Shown here piece after piece: positions 9,525 through 19,830 of a DNA stretch of 64,000 nucleotides. Numbering within the stretch: the stretch's first letter is position 1; each line of letters opens with the position of its first letter. This DNA comes from a bacterium (GTDB lineage Bacteria > Patescibacteriota > WWE3 > 2-01-FULL-39-13 > JAACPI01). The position numbers were made by a program, and so were the translations under genes. The stretch spans positions 2,475 through 66,474 of the forward strand of contig JAACPI010000001.1 in assembly GCA_009995545.1 (NCBI GenBank), in the 5' to 3' direction. The notes beneath the pieces are model-generated. The model saw only the letters and a list, made by a program, of their open reading frames with translations, searched no databases and was not told where the DNA came from.

Positions 9525-10775
9525 GTGAAAATAAATTTATTTTCTAAAAAACCCAATTCTTTTAACCTATTTAAAAGGAAGAGGCCGCGTATTAACCAAT
9601 TGGCCTTTTCGGAGCTGCGTATTAAAGAAAAAAAGTCTATTAAGAATAAATTTAAACGTTTATTTGAATTTTTAGGTCATTTATCTTGGTATATTCAAAA
9701 AAAATATTCTAGAATCTTAAATTTTTCTTTAAAGTCGTTATCTAAAATCACCTCCTTAATATACAGTCTAAAGGGTAATATTACTGTAAGACTTATATGG
9801 GGTAGAGGGAGGCTAGGCAAGCCACTTTTACACTTAGGGACCTTGGTACTAGCATTATCCGTATTTTTGACCGGAGGTACCTTTCAGGGTAAGTTGATTG
9901 TTTTATCCAACGAGGAAAAAGAGGTATTTGTGACTTCCAGTAGTGATATTGTTCCCCAGTCAGTTTTGCTAACGACCTCAAGACCTGCTTTAGATCGAGA
10001 CTCTGTTACTCAATACACTGTCAAGCCAGGGGATACCCTGGGGTCTATTGGAAAAAAGTTTGGCGTGACCACGGATACAGTTAGGTATGCTAATAATATT
10101 TCAGATATCGGATATTTAAAGGTAGGTCAGGTATTGGAAATCCCTCCAGTAAATGGGGTAGTGTACGAGGTTAAATCTGGAGATACCTTAGCAAGCCTAT
10201 CTACAAAGTTTAAAGTTGCCGAACAAGCAATTGCCGACTTTAACTACCTAAGTAAGCCTTTTACTTTAACAAAGGGGCAGACATTGGTTCTACCCGATGC
10301 TAACATTCCCTCCCCAGTAGTAGCAATTGTTCCTACTCCTGTTTCTGGGCAAGTCAGTGGTGATTACTATACGGGGGCGGCTTATGGGTATATTCCCTAT
10401 TCAAGCACGGGTAGAAAAGGTACAGGCACATTTATATGGCCTACAAACAACCGTACTGTTACTCAAAACTTTAGTTGGTATCACCCTGCGATGGACATCG
10501 CTGTTCCGAGTCCTATATATGCTAGTGATTCCGGTGTAGTAGTACGTAGTGGGTGGTGGACTAATGGTTATGGTTTTGCGGTACAAATTGATCACAGAAA
10601 TGGATATGTTACTACATACGCACATATGTCAGTACTACAAGTTACAGTAGGTCAGGAGGTTGATCAGGGCAATGTTATTGGCCAAATGGGAAGTACCGGG
10701 AGAAGTACAGGTCCCCATGTTCACTTTACTATTCAAAAGAACGGGTCCTTTGTTGATCCCGCGGGGTATTTTTAA
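9525..10775 (+). CDS. Membrane-anchored peptidoglycan hydrolase with 2x LysM and a C-terminal M23 peptidase domain
   Basis: Two LysM repeats (YTVKPGDTLGSIGKKFGV... and YEVKSGDTLASLSTKFKV...). The M23 region carries HxxxD...HxH (HPAMDIA...GPHVHF). Basic N-terminus plus one TM helix. The true start is uncertain. Confidence 0.75.
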   Translation: MKINLFSKKPNSFNLFKRKRPRINQLAFSELRIKEKKSIKNKFKRLFEFLGHLSWYIQKKYSRILNFSLKSLSKITSLIYSLKGNITVRLIWGRGRLGKPLLHLGTLVLALSVFLTGGTFQGKLIVLSNEEKEVFVTSSSDIVPQSVLLTTSRPALDRDSVTQYTVKPGDTLGSIGKKFGVTTDTVRYANNISDIGYLKVGQVLEIPPVNGVVYEVKSGDTLASLSTKFKVAEQAIADFNYLSKPFTLTKGQTLVLPDANIPSPVVAIVPTPVSGQVSGDYYTGAAYGYIPYSSTGRKGTGTFIWPTNNRTVTQNFSWYHPAMDIAVPSPIYASDSGVVVRSGWWTNGYGFAVQIDHRNGYVTTYAHMSVLQVTVGQEVDQGNVIGQMGSTGRSTGPHVHFTIQKNGSFVDPAGYF

Positions 10776-10975
10776 TCTGATAAATCTTCTCTTTTCCTAT
10801 TTGGTCTAAGGTTCTACTAAATAGTAGTTAAATAAACTCTAGCCTATCTCTCTATTTAAATTTGCCTCCCTAAACCTTTTGACATTTTAGAGACTAAATC
10901 TTATATTTAATTATAGGTTGTTAGGGTAATAAATTCAGTCCGTCTTCATCTTTGTGATTTGGACTTTAAATCAAT

Positions 10976-13348
10976 ATGAAAAATCTGCCAAATGTCCATA
11001 ACTTGTCTATATATTTAATTAAAGCTTTCTTTTTGGTTTTTCCAATTTTCTTTTTACCAGTTACTTTTGATGTTTTAGAAATAAACAAGTCGTTATTAGT
11101 TCTCTTTGTCTCTGTGTTTTTATTAACTACTTTGGCGATAAAAGGTATAAAGGAAGGGGAGTTTAAGTTATCCGTAGGGTACATGACTTTACCTCTAGCT
11201 CTACTTTTTTTATCAGTCTTACTCTCCTTTGCTTTCTCAAGTTCGGGTACTTACAGTCTTTGGGGGTTCTATGGGTCCCTATCTAACTCTGTTCCTATAC
11301 TGCTCGCCTTGATTATCCTTCCTAAACTTATTTCTAGTCATATAGATAAAAAAGAAGACGTTAAAAATGTCATGTTTTATGTTCTAATTGGTTTAGTGGT
11401 AGTTTTTGCCCAGACTTTACTTAATTACTTTGGTGTATTTAGTTCCGCAGCGGAGACATCATTTGGGTTTTTAAATAATGTTTCTTTTTCTTTTTTCGGT
11501 TCCAGATCTAATCAGTTGGTGATGCTTATACTCGGTGCATTTTTATCCTCCCATTTTATACTTAGGTATAAAGATGACTTGTCTAAATTAGTTGTTTCCT
11601 CTATCTCCTTGCTTCTTATTTTAGTAGTTTCGGTTCTTTATTATACCGGTTTTAGCTTGTTACTAGTTTTTGCAGCATCTTTGGGATCTTTGTATTTTTA
11701 CAAATCTTTATTTCACAAAAAAGCGATTTATTCCCTATTTGGTGCCTTTGTTATTTCAATAGCTTTCTTTGCGGTGAAAATGAGTCCCAGCCTGTCTGAT
11801 AAATTGATGCTTTCTAAGACTGTGAATCCGGATGTAAAATCTATAAATTTTAGTACCTCTTGGACTGTAACTAACTCTGTAATAGGTAGTAGATTGCCTT
11901 TTGGGAGTGGTGTAGGTACTTTTAACTCTGATTATTCTGCCTTTAAACCTCGTTCAGTAAATAATACCGATAATTGGGATTCTAGTTATACCAAGCCTAG
12001 TTCTTTTTACTTACTAACTTTGGCAGAAATGGGGTTGGTAGGTTTCTTATCGCTACTTTACTTTGTGTTTAAATATATTACCCATGGTTTAGGTCGAGGG
12101 AGTGAGTTATCTCTTAAGTTAACCAAAGACGGTGTAGAAGAGTTCCAAGCAGATCTAAGTGTTGCGAAAATATTTGTATTGGGTTTAATAATTTCCTTCA
12201 TTTTTATTCCTAGCAATGCTTTAGTCTTAGGTTTATTCTTTGGAGTATTAGGTTTAGTTTTAGCCCTAGAGAAAATAAATAATACTGGCAAGGTAAAGCA
12301 TAGAAAGATAGGTTTTGCTATAGCTTCTGACGTTAAGGATAGAGAGGTTTCTAGTTTGGTTATTAGTGGTTACTCTGTGGTTCAGTTACACGTTTTGGTT
12401 GTAGCCTTAGCTATAGTTTCTCTTGTGGGTGCTAGTATTTTCACTTATACAGTGTTTGCTTCCGACCTAGCTTATAGATCTTACTTTAATACTCCTACGA
12501 ATCTAATAACCCTTAGAGATGCTTATAGAAAAGCTGCAAATTTAAATAGGAATAACGATTTTTATCAGAGATCTGTTATAGATATTAATTCTCAAATTGC
12601 TAGGTACTTAGCTCAACAAAACAATGAAAATACAGAATTAACTGAAGAACAGAAGCAGAATAATATTACAGATATTCAGACATTACTTAGTGAAGCTACT
12701 TCTAGGTCTGACTACATTACAAACGGCACTGATCTTGGGATTAACCCTATCAACTGGGAGGTTAGGGGTCAATTGCACCAAAGCCTAATTGGTTTAAACG
12801 AGCAATCTAGAGTTACAGCTTTACAGTCCTACAATGTAGCCTCTAGTCTAGATCCCCTTAACCCAAGACTTGTTGCAACTATAGGAACTGTCTACTACGC
12901 AGCAGAAGATTATGATCAAGCTCGACAGCTTTTTGAACGTGCTGTGATATTAAAACCCGACTATGCCGCCGCTAGGTTTAATTTAGCTAACTCACTAGAA
13001 AAATTAGGTAAAGAAAAAGAGGCATACGATGTGGCCAAGACTATACCTGCTTTATTAGATGTCGATAGTGATGACTATAAAAATGTAAATACATACATTA
13101 CGTCTTTGGATAAAAAAATAAAGGATAAAGCTGAGCAGGTTAATTCCGAAGGTACGGTCCCTAGCGATTTAGGTTTGGGTAAGGATCAGGAGTTAACTAA
13201 GCAACCCGCCTTAACTAACCCCAATCAACCCCTAGAAAGCGTTTCTGAAACTACTTTACCTAGTGACCCCCAGCCTTCAAAGGGTTCTGAGTTACCTAAC
13301 CAGAATCCCAATACAGATCCTGGAGCTGGTTTTATTGAGGGACAATAA
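10976..13348 (+). CDS. O-antigen ligase/Wzy-like polytopic membrane domain fused to C-terminal TPR repeats
   Basis: About 12 TM helices over the first 480 aa, then TPR-like repeats (AEDYDQARQLFERAVILKPDYAAARFNLANSLEKLGK) and a Pro/Gln-rich tail. Confidence 0.5.
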   Translation: MKNLPNVHNLSIYLIKAFFLVFPIFFLPVTFDVLEINKSLLVLFVSVFLLTTLAIKGIKEGEFKLSVGYMTLPLALLFLSVLLSFAFSSSGTYSLWGFYGSLSNSVPILLALIILPKLISSHIDKKEDVKNVMFYVLIGLVVVFAQTLLNYFGVFSSAAETSFGFLNNVSFSFFGSRSNQLVMLILGAFLSSHFILRYKDDLSKLVVSSISLLLILVVSVLYYTGFSLLLVFAASLGSLYFYKSLFHKKAIYSLFGAFVISIAFFAVKMSPSLSDKLMLSKTVNPDVKSINFSTSWTVTNSVIGSRLPFGSGVGTFNSDYSAFKPRSVNNTDNWDSSYTKPSSFYLLTLAEMGLVGFLSLLYFVFKYITHGLGRGSELSLKLTKDGVEEFQADLSVAKIFVLGLIISFIFIPSNALVLGLFFGVLGLVLALEKINNTGKVKHRKIGFAIASDVKDREVSSLVISGYSVVQLHVLVVALAIVSLVGASIFTYTVFASDLAYRSYFNTPTNLITLRDAYRKAANLNRNNDFYQRSVIDINSQIARYLAQQNNENTELTEEQKQNNITDIQTLLSEATSRSDYITNGTDLGINPINWEVRGQLHQSLIGLNEQSRVTALQSYNVASSLDPLNPRLVATIGTVYYAAEDYDQARQLFERAVILKPDYAAARFNLANSLEKLGKEKEAYDVAKTIPALLDVDSDDYKNVNTYITSLDKKIKDKAEQVNSEGTVPSDLGLGKDQELTKQPALTNPNQPLESVSETTLPSDPQPSKGSELPNQNPNTDPGAGFIEGQ

Positions 13349-13467
13349 TTGAGAAAAATCTCCCTACAGTTATCTATCTGTAGGGAGTTAAAAATTCTTT
13401 TTAGTTTTCAACTTACTCTGTTACAATTAAGTTAGTAATTTTATAACTTATATCTAGCCCCGCTGCC

Positions 13468-14151
13468 ATGAAAAATAAAAAAATATTTCATTTAAACTTT
13501 CTCTTTATTATAGCCATTCTATTTAGTCTTCCTTCTGTTATTAACGCTCAGAATTTGGGTGTTGAGGGCTTAGACAAAATGGGTAATAAGAACGGCAGCT
13601 TACAAAACAATGTTCATGTAGAGGACAAAAGTCGGCAAGAAAGGTTGCAAAACGTTGAGGAAATAAAGAACAAAAAAGAAACTAGAGCGGCGGAGCTACA
13701 AGAAAAGAAGAATGAGCTTAAAGAAAAAAAAGAGGTTGCTTCAGAACAAAAACTTGCAAGTCTTCGTTTAATGCTTTTCGATAAATTAGAAAAAGTAAAA
13801 GTTAGAGTTATAAATAGGGCCGATACTTTAGATTCTATAATAGTTCGTCTCGAAAATAATATTCTAGAACATTCCTCAAATATTGACTCGGCCACATTAG
13901 TTTCTGTGGGCAAAAAACTTGAAGAGGCTAAGCTGTTAATTAACAACTCTGTCTCCTCCGTGGAATCCCTCAAAATTTCCGAATCTTATCAAACGGGTGA
14001 GGAACTAAGGTTAGATGCACAAAATGTGCATTCCCAAATACTAGTTTCAGTTGAAGATTTAAAGTCTGCTAAGGATCTAATTAAGGAAGCTTTGGAAGAA
14101 CTAAAGTCCTCTAAAAATCTTAATGATTCTGGTTCTTCGATTAATCAGTAA
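13468..14151 (+). CDS. Secreted coiled-coil protein
   Basis: Signal peptide (…SVINAQN) followed by a heptad-rich Glu/Lys sequence. Confidence 0.4.
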   Translation: MKNKKIFHLNFLFIIAILFSLPSVINAQNLGVEGLDKMGNKNGSLQNNVHVEDKSRQERLQNVEEIKNKKETRAAELQEKKNELKEKKEVASEQKLASLRLMLFDKLEKVKVRVINRADTLDSIIVRLENNILEHSSNIDSATLVSVGKKLEEAKLLINNSVSSVESLKISESYQTGEELRLDAQNVHSQILVSVEDLKSAKDLIKEALEELKSSKNLNDSGSSINQ

Positions 14152-14156
14152 TTTAT

Positions 14157-14441
14157 TTGCGCGTATTTATGGTTAGGACTAGGTTTTTACTATGTTTAGC
14201 TTTTCTCACTATCCCTTTAATCTTAAGTGGTTGTTCAAATAGAGATTTGCAACTAAATAGTGTTTCTAAAGATGTTTCGGAGCCAACTGTTAACACACCG
14301 GGTGGGGGAGGGGAAGAGGAAAAAATCTTAGACACTATAAAGCAGAGTACTAACACAAACACCGAACAAATAGAGCGGGATCTAAAGGACTTAGAAGGTC
14401 AATTAGACCTGGACTTTAGTATTGATGATATAGCCCCTTAG
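14157..14441 (+). CDS. Small lipoprotein
   Basis: Lipobox LILSGCSN after a hydrophobic signal. The rest is acidic. Confidence 0.4.
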   Translation: MRVFMVRTRFLLCLAFLTIPLILSGCSNRDLQLNSVSKDVSEPTVNTPGGGGEEEKILDTIKQSTNTNTEQIERDLKDLEGQLDLDFSIDDIAP

Positions 14442-14613
14442 CCTTGCTTATCCCTCGCCCCTAACAAGTTATGTCTTAATGGGGAAAATTATACCTTAAG
14501 AATGTCTTCGAAGTCATATTTTGTCTTTAGTATCTAAATACACTTTCAGACATATCGATATCTTATTATAAGCTCCCTATACGATTACCCTTTTAAAGTT
14601 CTAATGTCTCAAT

Positions 14614-17600
14614 TTACTCTGTGTCTACTGTCGTTCCGTCTGAAGTTTTAAGCCCTTCTAAGGGAGCGACTGCGTTATTATCGTCTTCTACACTTATTAT
14701 CATCCAACTAAACATTATGTCTTTTTCTGACTTTACTGGCACTTCAATCTTAAATTTTTCCCCCTTATATTTTTCTGTCACAGCTAATGGATATTCTACT
14801 AGACTTTCTGGGGTTACAATGACTAAGGAGTTTTCGGCAATTCTACTGGTGAGGATTTCTATTTCTTGGCTACCCGCTTTTATAGTAGCTCTTCCAGCTG
14901 TATATAGTTGGTTTGAGCTGTCTTTATTTGCATTGTCTGCCGTCGTCTTGTAGCTTTCTTCGGTTATACTATATACATCCGCAACGTACTTCTTGGCTTT
15001 TATAGTGCCATCTTTTTCTATAGTTATTAGTCCGTTAAATATATCTATATTTTCGGAATTGGCTGAATTTTGGATATATAATTTTGAGCCTAAGCTACTG
15101 ATTGACCCTTGTGCTGCATCTATCATTATTAACCCTATATTGACTTTATTTGTTATAGTTAAATTTTTAGATGTTGTAGATCCTATAACTTGTAAGTCTT
15201 TGTATGCTATTAGATCCGAGTCACTGGTTACGGCGTTTTTAATCTCCTCCCAAACCCAATTATTGTCTGCTGATGCATTTATTTGATTCCGTTTTATTTC
15301 ATTTAACGATATGTTAATGGCTGAATTTTGCTCAATAAATGAGACCCTTGTTTCTATTTCTTTAATTCTCTTTTTGTTGTCTTCTGTTTCTTTTTGACTA
15401 GCTTTTTCACTTAATAATGCATTGACGTCTTTAATTTTTGAATTTTGAATACCTAACGTGTCCGTTACATAATCTGGCAGGTATTTAAATTGATCTACTG
15501 TTTCCTTGGTATCCAGGATTATGCCTTGTTGCTGTTGAATTGCTTTTACCAACAAAGTGGGTATTCTTGAGTAGTTTATTCCCATGTAACCATCCACTTT
15601 ATTGGTAAACACTATTTCTGGGAATATTTTAGCTGTTTGTTGTGCAATCAAACCAATATCGGTATTACTCGGTTGTCCTATCCAGTTAAAGGTGTAGGTC
15701 TTAAGATTTAAAACCTTTTCCAAAGTTGCGTCGGTTAGGGGTGATAAGTTCTCTTTTAAACGTAGGTCTGAAGATGAGGTTGTCAGGGTACCGTCCGCGG
15801 TTAGGTTTAGGTCATTTGCATACGCCCCTGAGCTTACTGAGCTGAATCTAGCGTTACCTGCTACGTCTAATCTCTCTCCTGGTGTTGTACTTCCTACACC
15901 CAAATTTCCGTCATACCCAATTGATATTACCGTGTTTGTACCTGTTGTAGTTCCTGTACCTATTCTTAAGTAGTCGTTATTATTCCCCAAACTGTCATTT
16001 ACATTAGCCAACCAGAAATCCGTCTCTAGGGGTGTACTTGCATTAAATATCATTGACCCGTTATCTCTGTTAAGTGTGATATTTTCTGTAAAAGTATTAG
16101 TGCCTGAAAATGTTTGTGATGAGCCAAGTAGTGCAAAAGTTCCGCTTGCGTCTGGTAAATTGTAAGTTCTTGGAGCTGTTAGGTTTGCTATGGTGAGCAA
16201 TCCGCGACCATCTGGGTCATAAAAGTACAGGCTTTTCCCCGACGATCCTGTAGCAGTAAAAGCATCGCCGGAAGTGACATCTCCTATGTTACTTATTCCG
16301 CTTGCGTCGTTTATTGTCCCACATATCCAGTTGCTTCCATCCCAAACTAAAAAATTCGATGCGCTACATCCTGATATTAAACTTAAGCCATCCCCGTCTA
16401 CTTCTAGTCCACTGTAGGACTGTGTGTTTTTTAGGTTTTGGCTGGTGGGTAGCTTTATTGTTATGTTGTCTGCTCCTATGGTAAGACCGTTGCCTGGTCC
16501 TATATTTAAAGTTACGCTTCCGGAGGTACCTCCTCCAGTTAGACCACTCCCTGCAGTGACACCGGTTATATCACCTGACGAACCCACTGCAGTCACCTCT
16601 TTCCACTCTAGTGTGTTGCCGGTTTGCCATGTTAAGACGTAGTCTGCACCACCGGACTGCGTCGGTAGGGTGTAAAGTAAGTTATTTGTTAAACTAGAGG
16701 GTGCCTTAAATCCGGTGTAGTTAGAACCTCCGCTTGTACTCTCCAAAAGCCTGAATTCCCCCTGATTTCCACCATTCACTGTTCCTAAACTTATCCCTTG
16801 CGTAGTTTCAAACAGAATTGAATTACCGAGAGTTGTTGTGTTTGTCATTTTTGGTATATAATTTATCGTCCCTGAACCGTCAAAACCTGACTCACCAACT
16901 CCTAAATTTTGATCTATATTCTCTAACACCGAGCTTATATTTTGATCTATATTCTCTAACACTGACTGTAAATTGTTGCTTGTAGGTGAGATATTTGTGA
17001 AATCCTCTGTATACACCCCTATTAAAGAAGATCCAGAACTAGAAGTAACATAATCCGATAAATTAACTCCTCCTATGCTAATAGCGCCTCCTGAGGGCAC
17101 CTGTATGTTGGTTACTGTTGTTAAGGTTGGGGATAGGGCAAAACTTATTCTTTTAGCACTGGATCTTGTCACGAGTATATCATTACCACTTATAAAATCT
17201 AATGCGTCCCCGTCCTTTATAACGTCACCGGAAGACCCATCTATAGTAGTTTTCCAAGAAGTAAAACCTTTGCTAGTTTCAGCCAATGCTATCTCCCCTC
17301 CATTTATGGAGATACCCGTCCCTGCGACTAAATAGTTCTCAATAGCTTGGACAGTCTCGTCACTGATATTTGTAGATATAGTTGGATTTTGAGGGTCTCC
17401 TGTAATTGAAATACCCGACCCTGCATTTAATTTGTAAACTATATTGCTCGCCGTTATAGAACCTGTACCCAGATCTAATGTCTGGCCATAAGCATTTATG
17501 GGAATATTTATTTCAAGAACTGGCGAGGTATTTATGTCTTTTGCTGCCAAAACACTACCTTTTAGGTCTAGGTTATTCTCAGTAACCGGGTTAATGTTCC

Positions 17601-18171
17601 TAACCTGTTTGTTTTTAAATGAGTTAATAAAATTAAAGGTTCTGAGGTTATATTTATTTAGTGCTGTAATTATAAGAGGTAACATCAAAATACAGGTTGT
17701 TACATAGATATGAGTTATTCTTATATTAGGAGCTTTAATTTTGGGGGTATCAATACCCCATTGAATATCGTTTACTTTATTTATTAGGGTTTTAAAGGTT
17801 TTCGTGCGAACAGTTTTTGATTTGAGTTTTACTTTATTCTCTTCCTGTGACATTAAAGCAGCCTTCTTTCTTTCTTTAAAAGCTTTTACCTCCTCAAATT
17901 TCTGAATAATTTGTGGTATCTTTAAGCTTTCTTCTTCTTGTAGTTTGTGGATTTTAACAAGTTTGTCTACTACATAGTCTGGTAGATAAGAATCCACCTG
18001 TTTTCCAGAGTATTTCCGAATCTGGTGGGGTAGTAGTCCGACCTTTATAAGGTATCTTATGCGGTTTTGTTCTTTACCAAAGCCAAAATACACACCCTTA
18101 TCTTTAGCGAGTTGTATTACTTCTGAAGTCAGAATTAAATTGTAAGTCTTGGCAGACTGATCAGAGATCAT
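14614..18171 (-). CDS. Giant membrane-anchored fibre or adhesin-like protein: N-terminal MerR-like HTH, one TM helix, Gly/Ser/Thr-rich beta-fibre, internal peptidase S74 (intramolecular chaperone autoprocessing) domain, then an approximately 260-aa C-terminal extension
   Basis: The S74 signature TSSSDLRLKENLSPLTDATLEKVLNLKTYTFNW...GLIAQQTAKIFPEIV...GYMGINYSRIPTLLVKAIQ encoded around 15480-15780 matches the phage tail-spike/endosialidase chaperone consensus (SDxRLKxNI...IAQEV..P..V). The N-terminus (YNLILTSEVIQLAKDKGVYFGFGKEQNRIRYLIKVGLLP) is MerR-like. The TM helix is IYVTTCILMLPLIITAL. Confidence 0.7.
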   Translation of the reverse strand: MISDQSAKTYNLILTSEVIQLAKDKGVYFGFGKEQNRIRYLIKVGLLPHQIRKYSGKQVDSYLPDYVVDKLVKIHKLQEEESLKIPQIIQKFEEVKAFKERKKAALMSQEENKVKLKSKTVRTKTFKTLINKVNDIQWGIDTPKIKAPNIRITHIYVTTCILMLPLIITALNKYNLRTFNFINSFKNKQVRNINPVTENNLDLKGSVLAAKDINTSPVLEINIPINAYGQTLDLGTGSITASNIVYKLNAGSGISITGDPQNPTISTNISDETVQAIENYLVAGTGISINGGEIALAETSKGFTSWKTTIDGSSGDVIKDGDALDFISGNDILVTRSSAKRISFALSPTLTTVTNIQVPSGGAISIGGVNLSDYVTSSSGSSLIGVYTEDFTNISPTSNNLQSVLENIDQNISSVLENIDQNLGVGESGFDGSGTINYIPKMTNTTTLGNSILFETTQGISLGTVNGGNQGEFRLLESTSGGSNYTGFKAPSSLTNNLLYTLPTQSGGADYVLTWQTGNTLEWKEVTAVGSSGDITGVTAGSGLTGGGTSGSVTLNIGPGNGLTIGADNITIKLPTSQNLKNTQSYSGLEVDGDGLSLISGCSASNFLVWDGSNWICGTINDASGISNIGDVTSGDAFTATGSSGKSLYFYDPDGRGLLTIANLTAPRTYNLPDASGTFALLGSSQTFSGTNTFTENITLNRDNGSMIFNASTPLETDFWLANVNDSLGNNNDYLRIGTGTTTGTNTVISIGYDGNLGVGSTTPGERLDVAGNARFSSVSSGAYANDLNLTADGTLTTSSSDLRLKENLSPLTDATLEKVLNLKTYTFNWIGQPSNTDIGLIAQQTAKIFPEIVFTNKVDGYMGINYSRIPTLLVKAIQQQQGIILDTKETVDQFKYLPDYVTDTLGIQNSKIKDVNALLSEKASQKETEDNKKRIKEIETRVSFIEQNSAINISLNEIKRNQINASADNNWVWEEIKNAVTSDSDLIAYKDLQVIGSTTSKNLTITNKVNIGLIMIDAAQGSISSLGSKLYIQNSANSENIDIFNGLITIEKDGTIKAKKYVADVYSITEESYKTTADNANKDSSNQLYTAGRATIKAGSQEIEILTSRIAENSLVIVTPESLVEYPLAVTEKYKGEKFKIEVPVKSEKDIMFSWMIISVEDDNNAVAPLEGLKTSDGTTVDTE
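16907..16972 (-). repeat. Two-copy 33-nt tandem repeat inside the fibre gene (encodes SVLENIDQNI/SVLENIDQNL)
   Basis: ttttgatctatattctctaacac is repeated with a 33-nt period. Confidence 0.8.
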
Positions 18172-18451
18172 TTAGGGCAGGTTATGAAATTGTACTTACG
18201 AGAAAATTATAGGAACATATTGCTATAAAAGCAATAACTAAATATATATACGACCTCCTGAGAAAAGGTATACCTATACCTACAGATTAAGCTTTAAAGA
18301 TATACAAGAAAGACAGTAGTAACCAGCTGCACCTATCAGTATAGCACATCGATTGACAGAAATTATTAAAGGCTTTAGTAAGGGGTTTAGTTTAAGGTAT
18401 ACTTTGTCATTTTTGGAACCTTATGTAGTATTTAGTCGGTATATGTCGTAG

Positions 18452-18970
18452 TTACTCGTTGCTTTCGGATTGTAGTTTTTTGTCAATTTCCTCTTCTGTG
18501 TATTTTTTATTTTTAATTAACTTATCTATAAACAAAATACCGTCTAAATGATCCTGCTCGTGTTGTATTACCAGCGATAGGTATCCTCCGGTACTAAGGG
18601 TTTTCGTAACCCCATTTGAATCTGTGTACACCACTTTAATGCTTTTTGCTCTCTCCACGTACCCGTAAGTGTCCTCTATGGATAGGCAGCCCTCTAACGA
18701 TCTAGTTTTGTTTTTGGATTTTTTTATAATCTTTGGGTTTACGAATACTATGTTCTTATATCTCTCCTGATCCCCTTCTAGCATTATTTTTCTTGCTATA
18801 TAAACTCTTTTTGCAATTCCTATTTGTGGGGCTGAAAGTCCTATTCCCTCTTTTTTTGACATCTTAAGACTTTTTTCTAATTCTTTAATGACCTTTCTTG
18901 TTTCTGTATTATACTCAACCTCCTCACATTTTTGTCTTAGTATTTTATTTGGGAACTTTACTATTTCCAT
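18452..18970 (-). CDS. def: Peptide deformylase
   Basis: GLSAPQIG, EGCLS and HEQDHL motifs. The likely start is MEIVKFPNKILRQ; the ORF track extends it to 19006. Confidence 0.85.
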   Translation of the reverse strand: MEIVKFPNKILRQKCEEVEYNTETRKVIKELEKSLKMSKKEGIGLSAPQIGIAKRVYIARKIMLEGDQERYKNIVFVNPKIIKKSKNKTRSLEGCLSIEDTYGYVERAKSIKVVYTDSNGVTKTLSTGGYLSLVIQHEQDHLDGILFIDKLIKNKKYTEEEIDKKLQSESNE

Positions 18971-19024
18971 ACGTCTTATTATACGGCGCTCCTTATATAC
19001 TGACAAATTTTTGCAAAAGATTTC

Positions 19025-19714
19025 TTACTGTAGAGATACGTTGTAGGGTATAGTTACTCCCTCTCTAGTTACCCCCAAGTAAAGTATAGTTGAGTTTACT
19101 AACTCTATTGGAATATTTTTAGTCTTTACTACGTAGTTATTAGTCCCGAATACTCTTACATTGTCGTTTAGTGCTATTACTTCCAACACAATTTTAGGGT
19201 CATCCACCTTAATAAACCCTGTCTTTTCATTTATCGTAATCACTGGTGTAGTCTGTTCTGAGTATACGTTTAATTTTCCATCCCAGAGTCCTCTATTTCC
19301 ATTTACGAACACTGTAATCTGGTAAAGGCCTGTTTCTCCGGGTAAGGATATCTCTAGCTCTTCGTCTGACCAATAAACAACATCGTCTTTCCTTATCGCC
19401 TTGTTATTCAAAAGTACCTTACTTTCTTTTTGTGCAGCTCCGAAGTTATGACCGTAAATTAGAATGCTATCTCCCGGTTTTCCATAGTATTTGTCTATAT
19501 ATACTATTTGAGGGGGTTCCGTTGGGTAGGGCACTTTAGACTCATCTACTAACATTACTGGTCTTTCCTTTCCCGCTTCTGTAAATATCTGTCCTTCTCT
19601 TTGTAGTAATAGGTAGATTAGAGGTACCGCCATAACTAATGACAATAGTAAAGAAACCCCTATAGCTTTCTTTATATTTAAATTATAAAGTGTGAATAAG
19701 AGATTTTTAAGCAT
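19025..19714 (-). CDS. Hypothetical membrane-anchored protein (229 aa)
   Basis: N-terminal TM helix. No recognised motif. Confidence 0.4.
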   Translation of the reverse strand: MLKNLLFTLYNLNIKKAIGVSLLLSLVMAVPLIYLLLQREGQIFTEAGKERPVMLVDESKVPYPTEPPQIVYIDKYYGKPGDSILIYGHNFGAAQKESKVLLNNKAIRKDDVVYWSDEELEISLPGETGLYQITVFVNGNRGLWDGKLNVYSEQTTPVITINEKTGFIKVDDPKIVLEVIALNDNVRVFGTNNYVVKTKNIPIELVNSTILYLGVTREGVTIPYNVSLQ

Positions 19715-19830
19715 TACCTCAATAATATCATAATATTAGACAGTGTTGTTATTAATTACCTCTTTGAGCTATTTATACTTTCTTAAAGTATTCTGTTAAC
19801 GATTTCTGCCTGTGTGTTAAACTATATTTA

